A DNA stretch of 64,000 nt, taken from IMG/VR virus record IMGVR_UViG_3300032229_000759, positions 48,255-112,254 of that record. One strand, 5' to 3'. Source of the DNA: a virus. The notes beneath the pieces were generated by a model, which had not been told where the DNA came from, did not search any database, and saw only the letters and a program-made list of their open reading frames with translations. Made by a program: the position numbers and the translations under genes. Of this stretch, positions 1-10,520 are shown piece by piece; position 1 is the stretch's first letter; every line of letters begins with the position of its first letter.

Positions 1-3000
1 TATGTAAAAAACTCTTGGTCTTTTACTATTTCTAATTTTAATACTAATCATGCGGATGTTTGGGCAGAAATTCTAGAAAATGTTGATTTATTCAATCCTA
101 ATAATTATAGCGAAAATGAATACGGAGAAACCGAAGCTAGTACTAATGTTGGCTATCAAAGATTTGCAAATAAAGTAGAAATTAATAATAAAACATTATA
201 TGATAAACAAAAAAAGATTATCTCTACTAAAAATGATTCAATTGGAGCTATTAATGTTGTTTTAACTAATCCATATTTAGTTTCTCTTATGGGAAATAGT
301 ATATATTTATATCCTCCAAGTGGCACGTTTTGTTCTAATGAAACAGTATACGGCGGTCGCGGAGATGAACTAACTATAGTTCCTATTAAATTTACCAGAA
401 TACCCAGAAAACAAATATTAAATTTTGGTATACATCCTATTCAACCCATGGGTACTTTAAGCGCCGGGGCTTTTCATCCAAACAAAGGATTAGAATACTC
501 TAATACTACCTCACCTTTTGGCCCTTTATTTACTAATTATTCCTATGTTCGTGATGAGTATTATTTTGATTATGATCGAGATATTTTTCCTATTGAAAAT
601 ACATATACCGATCCAATAACGGGTGTTGAAACAACTACTACTTCTCCGCAAAGATTCCAAAGCTATGTATTCATTGGAGATCTAACTAAAAAAGTTAAAG
701 ACGTATTAAACCAAATTCAAAATTTAAATAACGATGTTTCTAAGCTTAGGTTGTATTTAAATATTAATAATCAATGGTATATATATAATACTTCAAATTT
801 ATTTGGTTATATAGCCAATAATAAAGCTTATAGTGGTCCACCACTAGCTTTTGAATATACTCATAAAGATTATAAACAAACTTGTCCTATATTAATACCT
901 AGTTCTCCTAAAAAACATATTACTTTTAATTATTTGAGATCTCCTTTAGATAATGACGTGTTCGAAACAAGACGCTTCAACGACTTTCCTTTGTCAGTAG
1001 CTGTAGCAAAAAAATATGATCTATCATATCCATTTATTCCTGAAATTTTTAATATTGAAGAAGTTAACAACAAAGTAATTCGTATAGAAGGTATTCGTCC
1101 ATATTTTATGTTCGAAGAAGAGTTTTTACCCACACAGTCTAATGCTACATCTATAGCCGGCTTAGAAAGCACCGTTATAGAAAAAATTAATGAGACTAAT
1201 CCTTATGTGCATCTTGTGAATAAAGAACAAATTTGGATGTATAAAGGATACGGAGATAAAAGAGTCGTAGCTTCTTATTTATTAACCGGTCGAGGATCAG
1301 ATAGTTATTATGATTTTTTGTATACTAATTTTAGCAATCTTAACATAGATTTATTAGCTACTAATTCAGATGGATATATACATAATTCTTATAAAAAGAT
1401 TAGCTCTATACCGTCTATATTTATAGAAGAATCTTATAGTAAAAATTCATCCCCATTTATTGCTAAATATTTAAAAATAGAATATGTTGATACTTATGGT
1501 AATATAATAAAAAAACAAAATATAAGAAATAACGCTCGTCCTAAAGCCTATACATATTTTGTGCTAGATGGTAGGAGAAGAGATCTGGGGGATTTACCAG
1601 AAAAAATACAACAGATCACGTTGTATCAGTCTCTTCAACAAACACTAAAGAAAGAATTAGATCCCTATTTGACTAGCATAAATCCAGAACTGCGATCAAT
1701 ATCTTTTGAAGAAAAAATTAGACAAATACTCAGCAATACATATAGCGACTCTTCTGCTAATGTGCAATTTTTAAAGAATCTTCCTGACAGAGCTAAATGG
1801 TCAGATATTTTAAATTTTGACGGCAATATTATTAATGATATTACAAAATATAATTTTACTATCCATGACCATAAGCGTATCTATCCTAGTAGTTTATATC
1901 TAAATAATTTTTATAAATTAATTGTAAATTCTAATAGTAATCATTATAACTTTCGTGCTTTATTTAATGGTGAGGATGACTGCAACTATAATGGCAATGT
2001 GTATTATTGTATACATCAAAAATATAATACAGAAAATCAAGATAACTATAATATTAACAATAATTTATTATCTAATTTTAATAATTATTTACCATATATA
2101 GATATAAATATATTTTCTAATCGCTTTAGTTTCAGCGCCCCAACACCTTCGGGTACGGTGCAAATAAGTGGTATCCACCAATACTTAGACATTGACCATG
2201 ACTGGGAATCATATCATAATCCAGTAACAGGATCAGCATTATTTTGGATTAATATAGACCCAGCATTTGACCTAAAGTCTTGTTTAACTTTTGATCAAAA
2301 AATGTATTCTGATACATTTAGAATAGATGATGTGCCATATCAATTATATGATATTGATTGTACTACTAATTATAATGCTGATGGATGCCGTCAAACATTT
2401 TTCCCAACCGTTCCAAATTCAGAGATTACATCTTATAATGTTTTTAATTTTGAAACTGAGTATTTGACAAGAGTTACTGGAACGTCTCCATTTGTAAGAT
2501 TTCCTGTATATTGTGATTCAGACGCTTTAGATACTTGCGGAAGCAAATCGTGTGGTATTAAAACCGTTGGTTCAACATCTTGTAGCGGCATATATAAAAT
2601 CTATGAAGAAAAAAATATCCCCATTACCGGCATACCAGAAAGTGTGCCATATATTATATCTTATGAAGGAGGTAATTATAACCCTCTAGGTAATAATCAA
2701 CCTCACTATATTCAGCGCTTTGAATTATCCCCAGAAAATCCTTTAATTGTTAGTTCGGGTTCTTCTTGTTCATTATTGCCATTAAGACCCAAAAGAGATT
2801 CCCTAAACAATAATAATAGATTATCTGTTTTAAACGAAGACTATCAAGCAGCATTAGAAAGCTCAATAGTAAATGATCATTCTGCTACTGTAGTGGACAC
2901 AGATATATTTGCTAATGAAATGTTATTTAGATTAATGTATGGAGAAAAACAAAAAATTAATTTAAATACATTAAATAATCAAAATCAAAACATCACATAT

Positions 3001-5340
3001 ATGGATTTATTAAAGCATACAGACCCCAAAGTTACTGCCAAAGATATATATAAAAATATTCCATATGAATATGATACAACCGCCCCAGTAGAAAACAGAA
3101 TAATCACCGGATCCATATCTGTACAAGGAACCTTAAAAGTTGGTAAGTCAGTTAGTATAAGAATAGGCTCCCATAATCTTTCTTGTGGTGTGATTAAAGA
3201 GAATGGAGATATAAAAATTCAGGCCAACTATAATGGTGAATCTATTGAGGGAATTATACATCAAGAATATGTGGATAATAATTCCATTGCGGTATGTGGA
3301 GGACCGTGTTCTTCTCCAGATAGTAATACTACATATAATTTAATTAAAACATGTCAAGAATTACAACAATATAGTCATTCTTTATCAAGAGTTACTACCG
3401 GAGCTACATTGTTTAAACAGTGTCCCAAGCCGTGTGACCAAGGTTGTACCGAAGACGAATTAACAGACGTATCATTTCCATATTGGTCAGAACCATTACA
3501 AATAGGATTAGGGCCAGTGGGTAATGGGCCATGTGTTACTTATGTTGTATACAGTCCTTGCGCCGGAAACCAGGGCGGATGGTATCAAACTAATCATAAT
3601 GTTGCTCGGTCTGTAGAAGACGGAATACCACAGGGATGTAGTATTATTGCGAGTAATGAGGCAGAAATTAGTTTTAGCACCTACGCTAGAGGAGCGTTTG
3701 GAGGATGTTATCCTAAACCAATGAGAACACAAGTATCAGCAGATGGACTCTTTAATACAGGAGAAGTAGAAGATTTTAATGGTGGGTTAATGATAAATCA
3801 GCCTGGAGCGATAGGAGACGGCATTAATATCACCCAGCCTTCATGCGGCACGTGTTTCACTCTAGATTATGAAGATCCATTAACTAAAAATAAGTTATAT
3901 AATGTTTTTGGAGGAGGTTCTTATCCACCTTATCCTGGTAATACTTCCCAAAGTTGTGAATGCGCTAATTGGGAATATGGCTATTGTAGAAATACCAATA
4001 ATGCATCTTTATGTGTGTGTAACGGCTTGCAATATGACTATAACGAATTTGATTATAATTTTGAATATTGTAGATATAATATTACTTTAAAAGGTTATAA
4101 GAGACGAATAAACTATCCTTCTAATAATAGAATAATCACTATTTCTAAAGCTTGCTCATCAACCTCTGCAGGAACCACTAATGATCCTGGAGAGATTATG
4201 GGAGGAGGATCTGGCGGCCGGTCTACTGAAAACTGTATATGGATAGAATGTCCAGGTGCTATTCCTACAAAATGGCATATTTATGATGTAAAATCTAGAA
4301 CTCAAAATAATGCATATAATCCTTTATGTCCACAACAATTATGCTCTGTGAACTATACTAATACCAGCATTACAATAAACCTAGCTTCTGGACAAAGTAA
4401 ATGTTGGTATTTTACAGAATTAACGAGCAACAATGCTTGTCCATTAATCAGTGTATCGGTTCCAGATAATAGCTTTACAGTTAGCGACACCATAGATAGC
4501 TATTGTGGATCTTGTTTAAACCAAGAACCAAAATTAACAATGAATCCTCAACAGCAACCCTGGGATATTATAGAAGAACAAAGAACTTGTGTCTTAGGAT
4601 ATATATTAACAGACGGTAACCCTAACATCGATGGTCCTGTTGGTATGGGTGGTAGTGTGTGGTTGGCAGGATATTGCGGCATAAGAGCCTCTTTGTGTTA
4701 TCAAAGAGAAGGCACAGGCGGCGGTGGACAATGTGGTAAAAATGCTCCAGATTCTTATCCTTGGAGCACCTGTATTTCTTATTCAGAACCGTCTGTTTGC
4801 GTAGGAGGTAATGATTCATCTATTGTGGGAGGCTGTAATATTCCGGTTAGTTTTCCATATTCTAATGGTAAAGCTGGCGAACGCATAGTATCTTTATGGA
4901 AAAAACAAATGTCTCAAATTTGGCTAAATACCGCACCGTGTCATAATAATAAAAATAAATATACGGTGGGCGACATTGTGGAGGGGGTGGTGCCTGATTC
5001 GTGTAGTGAAGTTAAGTATACTAAAATTAATTATCCTTCTATGTCTTACAGAGCAACTTTTGGTGATCCGGTGGTTACACAAGGCACGATAGGATTTACA
5101 GTAGCATATTATACTTATACTTATCGTAGACCAAAAACTATACAAGACGTATTTAAGGGAGAGGCATTAGTAGAACAATGCAATCAGGTTACATCACATA
5201 ATCCTATAGGATCACTAAATATATCCGAAAAACACAAGACTTTTGGTTGCAGCAATGTAGCTCAGTGTTATGATACTGATGTTAATGGTTGTGATGATAC
5301 CAATTATTGTTGTAGATACGGGAAAACTAACTATGAATAA
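1..5340 (+). CDS. Giant Cys-rich protein, probable virion/tail-associated (5'-truncated by window)
   Basis: Frame 1 is open from base 1, so the ORF extends upstream of the 289 ATG (>1779 aa). The C-terminal ~750 aa are rich in Cys/Gly/Asn/Ser/Thr. Virion role is inference. Confidence 0.55.
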   Translation, partial: YVKNSWSFTISNFNTNHADVWAEILENVDLFNPNNYSENEYGETEASTNVGYQRFANKVEINNKTLYDKQKKIISTKNDSIGAINVVLTNPYLVSLMGNSIYLYPPSGTFCSNETVYGGRGDELTIVPIKFTRIPRKQILNFGIHPIQPMGTLSAGAFHPNKGLEYSNTTSPFGPLFTNYSYVRDEYYFDYDRDIFPIENTYTDPITGVETTTTSPQRFQSYVFIGDLTKKVKDVLNQIQNLNNDVSKLRLYLNINNQWYIYNTSNLFGYIANNKAYSGPPLAFEYTHKDYKQTCPILIPSSPKKHITFNYLRSPLDNDVFETRRFNDFPLSVAVAKKYDLSYPFIPEIFNIEEVNNKVIRIEGIRPYFMFEEEFLPTQSNATSIAGLESTVIEKINETNPYVHLVNKEQIWMYKGYGDKRVVASYLLTGRGSDSYYDFLYTNFSNLNIDLLATNSDGYIHNSYKKISSIPSIFIEESYSKNSSPFIAKYLKIEYVDTYGNIIKKQNIRNNARPKAYTYFVLDGRRRDLGDLPEKIQQITLYQSLQQTLKKELDPYLTSINPELRSISFEEKIRQILSNTYSDSSANVQFLKNLPDRAKWSDILNFDGNIINDITKYNFTIHDHKRIYPSSLYLNNFYKLIVNSNSNHYNFRALFNGEDDCNYNGNVYYCIHQKYNTENQDNYNINNNLLSNFNNYLPYIDINIFSNRFSFSAPTPSGTVQISGIHQYLDIDHDWESYHNPVTGSALFWINIDPAFDLKSCLTFDQKMYSDTFRIDDVPYQLYDIDCTTNYNADGCRQTFFPTVPNSEITSYNVFNFETEYLTRVTGTSPFVRFPVYCDSDALDTCGSKSCGIKTVGSTSCSGIYKIYEEKNIPITGIPESVPYIISYEGGNYNPLGNNQPHYIQRFELSPENPLIVSSGSSCSLLPLRPKRDSLNNNNRLSVLNEDYQAALESSIVNDHSATVVDTDIFANEMLFRLMYGEKQKINLNTLNNQNQNITYMDLLKHTDPKVTAKDIYKNIPYEYDTTAPVENRIITGSISVQGTLKVGKSVSIRIGSHNLSCGVIKENGDIKIQANYNGESIEGIIHQEYVDNNSIAVCGGPCSSPDSNTTYNLIKTCQELQQYSHSLSRVTTGATLFKQCPKPCDQGCTEDELTDVSFPYWSEPLQIGLGPVGNGPCVTYVVYSPCAGNQGGWYQTNHNVARSVEDGIPQGCSIIASNEAEISFSTYARGAFGGCYPKPMRTQVSADGLFNTGEVEDFNGGLMINQPGAIGDGINITQPSCGTCFTLDYEDPLTKNKLYNVFGGGSYPPYPGNTSQSCECANWEYGYCRNTNNASLCVCNGLQYDYNEFDYNFEYCRYNITLKGYKRRINYPSNNRIITISKACSSTSAGTTNDPGEIMGGGSGGRSTENCIWIECPGAIPTKWHIYDVKSRTQNNAYNPLCPQQLCSVNYTNTSITINLASGQSKCWYFTELTSNNACPLISVSVPDNSFTVSDTIDSYCGSCLNQEPKLTMNPQQQPWDIIEEQRTCVLGYILTDGNPNIDGPVGMGGSVWLAGYCGIRASLCYQREGTGGGGQCGKNAPDSYPWSTCISYSEPSVCVGGNDSSIVGGCNIPVSFPYSNGKAGERIVSLWKKQMSQIWLNTAPCHNNKNKYTVGDIVEGVVPDSCSEVKYTKINYPSMSYRATFGDPVVTQGTIGFTVAYYTYTYRRPKTIQDVFKGEALVEQCNQVTSHNPIGSLNISEKHKTFGCSNVAQCYDTDVNGCDDTNYCCRYGKTNYE

Positions 5341-5809
5341 TACTGCTTACTGTGATTTAAAGAGCACGGGCTCTTCGTTTAATAATAAGCCATTATATAA
5401 ATGCGAGTATTGTGGTTTAACTGTTGGCTTAGAAGATCCTAATACCAAAATTATGTGTTTTAAAAAGATAGAGGATCTAGCACACGACATACATAAAAAT
5501 CATTTACAAGACCCTAATACTTTTAAACCCACCCACCTATCTGATAAAAAAATACCAGAGCTTATATTAGAGGAAGCTAAAAAAGAAGCTATCAATAATG
5601 TCGTTACAGAAAATCAAACAGAAGAATTATGCACCCAAGAAGAGATTAACAACAGATTAGCTATTTGCAATACTTGCGAATACTTTAAGGATAGTTCTTG
5701 CTTACTATGTGGCTGCGTAGTAGTTAGAGAAGCTAATCATAAAAATAAGCTAGCCCATCGTAATCAAAAATGCCCTGCGGATAAATGGGGTCCTATTAAT
5801 TTACCTTAA
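5333..5809 (+). CDS. Small Cys-rich protein with N-terminal CxxC and C-terminal DUF6171-like motif
   Basis: CEYCG at N-term; RLAICNTCEYF..SCLLCGC...CPADKW at C-term; ATG 5333 overlaps the upstream stop. Confidence 0.6.
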   Translation: MNNTAYCDLKSTGSSFNNKPLYKCEYCGLTVGLEDPNTKIMCFKKIEDLAHDIHKNHLQDPNTFKPTHLSDKKIPELILEEAKKEAINNVVTENQTEELCTQEEINNRLAICNTCEYFKDSSCLLCGCVVVREANHKNKLAHRNQKCPADKWGPINLP

Positions 5810-6749
5810 AACGCAAAACCTCTGTTGGTTCTAATCCATATATAGCAGTATATTGATTAGTGGTGATTTCTCCTTTGTTGTTAATTAACACAGTAACAGG
5901 AACCCTGCTATTACCAGACCAACTTTTGAAAAAATGTAGTCCAATAACAACCTCTCCTTTAGGCTGGCTGTTTTTGGGCCAAAAAATATTTTCTACCGGC
6001 TTATCAGTTAAGTCTGTTGGAAACGCGTTTTTATCAACGTCTAAGAACACCCCGTCTATACCATTTCTATACATCCAGCATATATAGCTGTATGAGTTTA
6101 TTTTAGTAGACTTATAATTAACATGCAAATCTATATCGTCTGTGGTATTCCAGGCTATAGAAATTTGTAAATCTCCAGTGCCAGCATTAGATTTTTTGAG
6201 ACGTTTTTGTATTTCTCTAATATGGCCATTATCACCAGTACCTTGGTCACCAGTCCCAAGCCCCCTAGATGCTGTATAAGAGCCCTGGGTTGGCTTTGCT
6301 GCGGGTTGTTTAATATTTTGGGGTGTCTGATCGGGTACTAACTTATTTAAAATTTGAGGATCCAAAGAGGCGACATATGCTGTTTCAGAACTATTGTCCG
6401 CAACATCAAGTTCGGGGAATTTAACATCAACCGATTCTTCATGAACTACAGCATCAACCATCTTAGAACTTGCGCTTTGACCGATTAGAGATTCTTGTGC
6501 TTGATCCTCTAATATTTCTATTGATGGAAATTCTTCATGAGATACTTGCTGGTCTGTTTGAGTATTAAATGACAAGGTTAATACTATGGGCTTAGTATCA
6601 TTTTCGCCTAAAGATATCAGGGCTAGTATTAATAGTAATACTGTATGAAAAATGGAGCTTTGTAAAACACCACTATCGTATAGAGTTAAAACCCAATTGT
6701 CCCAGTAACTAAAGGAGTTTAACCTTTGTCCTGCTGATTTTTTTGCCAT
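5796..6749 (-). CDS. Membrane-anchored protein with C-terminal YfaP/DUF2135-like domain
   Basis: TM segment SSIFHTVLLLILALISL, acidic linker, then DLQISIAWNTTDDIDLHV...LDVD...PVENIFWP. Confidence 0.6.
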   Translation of the reverse strand: MAKKSAGQRLNSFSYWDNWVLTLYDSGVLQSSIFHTVLLLILALISLGENDTKPIVLTLSFNTQTDQQVSHEEFPSIEILEDQAQESLIGQSASSKMVDAVVHEESVDVKFPELDVADNSSETAYVASLDPQILNKLVPDQTPQNIKQPAAKPTQGSYTASRGLGTGDQGTGDNGHIREIQKRLKKSNAGTGDLQISIAWNTTDDIDLHVNYKSTKINSYSYICWMYRNGIDGVFLDVDKNAFPTDLTDKPVENIFWPKNSQPKGEVVIGLHFFKSWSGNSRVPVTVLINNKGEITTNQYTAIYGLEPTEVLRFKVN

Positions 6750-7051
6750 TTGTGCCAACCGTTGTTTGGTAACCAATTATTGTCATCATCTTTACGCTTA
6801 GGAAAGAGCGTTCCGCCTTTCTTATGCTGTCCAAAAGCTAATACTGCGCCACAATCAGCACATCTTAACTCATAATAATCATTGCCCTCTACGTTTCTTA
6901 CTATAAATCTTAAGTTTTGACTCTTACATAGTCCACACTTTTCTTCAGAAAAAATCTCTTGAATCAAAGCTAATTCTTTAAAAATTTCTTTTTGTCCAGA
7001 TGCTTCCAGCTCAAAAGACAATTTATCACTAGCTTTGTAAAAGACTTTCAT
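6719..7051 (-). CDS. Zn-ribbon hypothetical protein
   Basis: CGLC...CADC; follows the annealase gene. Confidence 0.55.
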   Translation of the reverse strand: MKVFYKASDKLSFELEASGQKEIFKELALIQEIFSEEKCGLCKSQNLRFIVRNVEGNDYYELRCADCGAVLAFGQHKKGGTLFPKRKDDDNNWLPNNGWHKWQKNQQDKG

Positions 7052-7054
7052 AAG

Positions 7055-7786
7055 TTATTTCCATTGTGGGTTATAGCCTAACATATCTGTAGTAAGTTTT
7101 GATGTATCTTGCTGATAAGCGGTCAATTGTTGTATTACGCTAATAGCTTGATCATGTGATATATTATATATGTTATCATGGTCGATAGCAAGTGATTTTA
7201 TTAAGTTATGCACATTAACGTTTAGCCTTTGTGCAATCACATCAATAAAATTAATTTGATTAACGCTAATTTTAGAAACACTATTTTCATCAGGATGGTC
7301 TTCTATTTCCTTTGCTAATTCTTCTGCTGCTACTACCTTTCTTAGCTTTAGCGCTCTTCTTAAAGCACGACCTTCTGCTCTGGTTTCCGCTACTGCAACA
7401 GGATGATTTCTATAGATTTTATCACAATTCCCCCAATAAACATCTGCTGCTCCGTCTATAGTAATATGTTGCTCATTAGCTAAATATGTAATCGAATGTA
7501 CTACCGTGGCTCTTTTTTCGTTACCGGGCTCAGGGGACTGAGTAACATTAGAAGTAGAACTGATGAGTATACAATTTAATGCTTCTTCAAATATGCGTCT
7601 TAGTCCGTCTGTTGTAGGATTGCCTTGTATTTTTTCGTCATCTGAAAGCAGACCAAGTACATAGTCTGTCCATGACAAATCACTAGTCTTGGGCTTATCA
7701 GTAGTTACCACGACCTCAGCATTCTTGACAACTCCATTTGTTTCATTACTAACCACAGACGATTTCTTTTCTTTGTCCTTCGCCAT
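7055..7786 (-). CDS. Rad52/Sak-like single-strand annealing protein
   Basis: AVAETRAEGRALRRAL motif typical of Rad52-fold phage annealases. Confidence 0.55.
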   Translation of the reverse strand: MAKDKEKKSSVVSNETNGVVKNAEVVVTTDKPKTSDLSWTDYVLGLLSDDEKIQGNPTTDGLRRIFEEALNCILISSTSNVTQSPEPGNEKRATVVHSITYLANEQHITIDGAADVYWGNCDKIYRNHPVAVAETRAEGRALRRALKLRKVVAAEELAKEIEDHPDENSVSKISVNQINFIDVIAQRLNVNVHNLIKSLAIDHDNIYNISHDQAISVIQQLTAYQQDTSKLTTDMLGYNPQWK

Positions 7787-7790
7787 TTAA

Positions 7791-8579
7791 TTAATCCTCT
7801 ATTTCTATAAGACTATTTGTTTGATAAAGCTTATTATTGAGTACTTCTAATAATTTCTTATATAAGACGTTGCTACGAGCTTGTGAAAAATCATGAGTTT
7901 GTTTAATTCTAATTAGTTTAAGTCCTTTACCAATAATTAAACCGTTTTTCTTCTCGTCATATTTTTGATTTTTCTTCAAGGCATCTTCGCCCCATATGGG
8001 CAAAAAGTGTGATGGTCCATCCACCTCAATAGCCAAATTTATAGTAGGCAGAAAAAGGTCTATTTGCAACTTGGTATTTGATAATATTTGCTCTTTGTGA
8101 AAATCTACGTGCCAACCATCCACTAGTAACTTGTTTAATAGAAATTTTTCTAGCTTAGAACCAACCTTGCTACTAAGTCTAGCAGCATCATTCGCTGCTT
8201 TAACAATATTTTCTTTGTCTTCGATACTTAATTTTTCCCAGTTGGTTTTACTTTTTTGTTTTCTTTGTTTCAGTTCCTTTGCAGACAAACTCTCCCACGA
8301 CTGCATCACCCCATTACCTATCTTATTTTTGGTGTCTTCACTTCTGGACATTCCTTTTGTGGGATGTTTATGCTTACCTGTAGATAGAGCGTTTTTTTGA
8401 GCAAGACTTTTGTCTCTGATCGGAACTTTGAATTTTTTTGCATCTCTTCTAATTTTATTAGCATATGTGTTATACTGTTCAGCAATATCGCCAAAGCTCA
8501 TTTTTTTATTTAAATAAGTATCTAATATTAGCTGTTTTTTAGTCTTATCATTCAGACTATCATAGTTTTGTGATGACAT
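7791..8579 (-). CDS. NUMOD3-like + DUF559/Vsr-like endonuclease (probable homing endonuclease)
   Basis: N-terminal HTH, KGMSRSEDTKNKIG NUMOD3-like motif, IDLFLPTINLAIEVDGPSH nuclease motif. Confidence 0.65.
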   Translation of the reverse strand: MSSQNYDSLNDKTKKQLILDTYLNKKMSFGDIAEQYNTYANKIRRDAKKFKVPIRDKSLAQKNALSTGKHKHPTKGMSRSEDTKNKIGNGVMQSWESLSAKELKQRKQKSKTNWEKLSIEDKENIVKAANDAARLSSKVGSKLEKFLLNKLLVDGWHVDFHKEQILSNTKLQIDLFLPTINLAIEVDGPSHFLPIWGEDALKKNQKYDEKKNGLIIGKGLKLIRIKQTHDFSQARSNVLYKKLLEVLNNKLYQTNSLIEIED

Positions 8580-9027
8580 TATATATCTCCTCGCTATTGA
8601 ATTCCGACATGAGAGACAGCGGCTGTTTCCAACATATGTTGCATAGTTCGTAGGTGTCTTTATTATTGGTGATTACTTCCAAGTTATTTTGCATATAAAT
8701 GCTGTGCCAAAAACCATACGGCAGCCCGGGATTCTTTGACCATTCAGGTTCTGAAATATATAAGACCTGTTTTTTGGGACCCGGAAAAGTTTTAGTCAAC
8801 ATGGCACTTTTAGTATCAAATATAAATAAGATACCATCAAAATATTTAGCTTGTTGAATATGTAGTATATAGTATTTATGATTTAAATCTATATTATTAA
8901 ATTGATTATTAAATAATACAATATTGCTATATGGTAATTTTTTGCACAGCTCGTTTATACTATTCAGTATATTTTTTTGTTGCTCGTTGTCGGCAGCAAT
9001 GTCTAACAAATAAAAGCCAATATCCAT
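8560..9027 (-). CDS. Hypothetical protein, glycosyltransferase N-terminal Rossmann-like
   Basis: MDIGFYL start and alternating beta/alpha pattern; lies in the GT cluster. Confidence 0.35.
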   Translation of the reverse strand: MDIGFYLLDIAADNEQQKNILNSINELCKKLPYSNIVLFNNQFNNIDLNHKYYILHIQQAKYFDGILFIFDTKSAMLTKTFPGPKKQVLYISEPEWSKNPGLPYGFWHSIYMQNNLEVITNNKDTYELCNICWKQPLSLMSEFNSEEIYNVITKL

Positions 9028-9030
9028 GTT

Positions 9031-9819
9031 TTAATTTCCTTTCAGAGCTTTTAAGAATATGTTTTTTATAAATGCTCCATATGAAGATTGTGTTGAATCA
9101 AATGGCGCTAATGACCTTAGCTTAACAGACTTTATATTCTCTAGAATGTCGCCTTCTATAGATATGTTTTGAATGCCACAAATTTGAGATTCTATATTAT
9201 AGGAGTTGTCCAAATCTAGTAAATAAGAATAGCTATTAAATACTAAATTGATATCTGGAGGAGATAACACACCCACATTTTGTGGGTTCTGATAATTAGC
9301 AGAATTAAATAAAACTATTTTTTCTTGACACTTAGGATATAAAACATCAGACAGGACAGTGTCGTTTATTTCGTTATCGCTAGACAACATCACTGCTGTT
9401 TTATTATTTCTAGTCTGATTACTGAGCATAAAGATTTTATCATCATATAGTCTATCATATAGGCATTCATAGTCTGCAATCCGATCTGTGGCCATATTAC
9501 TTCGTTTACCAACACACAGAATCTTATGCTTGTTCCAAAAGACTCCAATTTCATCATTTTTAATAGGAACATTAAGAAAAATACTAATCTTTACGTTGGC
9601 AGCATGATCTGTAATAAAATCATGCATTTCTTGAGAATACTCATTGGCTGGACCAATAATAATATCTGGTTTGTTTTGATGATAAACCTCAAATAAATTG
9701 CCGTGAAAATTCACAGCAGAAATATCATATTCATCAGAACTTAAACTGAATAAGTTATGTAAAAATGACTTATATTCGTTTTCGTGGTTTAGATGTGCTA
9801 GTATTTTCTTTTTGGTCAT
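9031..9819 (-). CDS. Divergent GT-B-fold-like protein
   Basis: KPDIIIG and ESQICG motifs reminiscent of GT-B; no intact EX7E. Confidence 0.35.
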   Translation of the reverse strand: MTKKKILAHLNHENEYKSFLHNLFSLSSDEYDISAVNFHGNLFEVYHQNKPDIIIGPANEYSQEMHDFITDHAANVKISIFLNVPIKNDEIGVFWNKHKILCVGKRSNMATDRIADYECLYDRLYDDKIFMLSNQTRNNKTAVMLSSDNEINDTVLSDVLYPKCQEKIVLFNSANYQNPQNVGVLSPPDINLVFNSYSYLLDLDNSYNIESQICGIQNISIEGDILENIKSVKLRSLAPFDSTQSSYGAFIKNIFLKALKGN

Positions 9820-10520
9820 TATGCGTACTCTTTAATTTTATTTTTATCTTTTAAGCCGGTTATATGTATTAATTCGTCGTGGTTTAAAGCTAGTTCTTTA
9901 TAACAAATATTGTGTCCAATAGATTTATTAATAATTTCAAATAAGAACATATTGTCATAATATGTATCTATGTTATTGGCAATCGTTGTCAAGTCTTTAT
10001 TACATAAATATACCATTCCAGACCAAATATGGGCGCCAATATCATAAAAGATATATTCTATATTGCCATTAGAATTGGATACTGAACCTAGAAATTTATG
10101 TTTCGTTTGATTTTTTTTTATTTTTTGAGACACAATCCAAGACTGATCTGTATTTAAAATTTTATTTTTTTTACATCTAATCATAGTATCTATAGAAGTA
10201 ATAAATAGTCCATCATATTTAGTATTGTCGTAGTGATCAATAATTAGCTTAAAAGCGTATCCTTGATTAGTAGTTAAAAAATAATTATTTAATATGATAT
10301 TAATATGAGAAGGAATTTTTTTTTGTAGTTTTTCGTAACCAAAACCGGCAACTATGCTAATGTCGGTAGCTTCGCCCATAAACTTAACAACGTTATCTAT
10401 TTGATGTAGTACTAATTCTTTGGCGTTATTATTAGGTTTAAGCAGTCCAATAGGCCCAAAAGACTTCATGCCCTTAGTAATTTCATAAGATAATATATAT
10501 GACGCTATTTTATTTTTCAT
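9819..10520 (-). CDS. Degenerate sugar/choline-phosphate nucleotidyltransferase (LicC/GT-A-like NTP transferase fold)
   Basis: GMKSFGPIGLL, IVAGFGYEKL, N.YFLTTN and WSGMVYL motifs; the LAAGxGxR loop is replaced. Confidence 0.5.
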   Translation of the reverse strand: MKNKIASYILSYEITKGMKSFGPIGLLKPNNNAKELVLHQIDNVVKFMGEATDISIVAGFGYEKLQKKIPSHINIILNNYFLTTNQGYAFKLIIDHYDNTKYDGLFITSIDTMIRCKKNKILNTDQSWIVSQKIKKNQTKHKFLGSVSNSNGNIEYIFYDIGAHIWSGMVYLCNKDLTTIANNIDTYYDNMFLFEIINKSIGHNICYKELALNHDELIHITGLKDKNKIKEYA

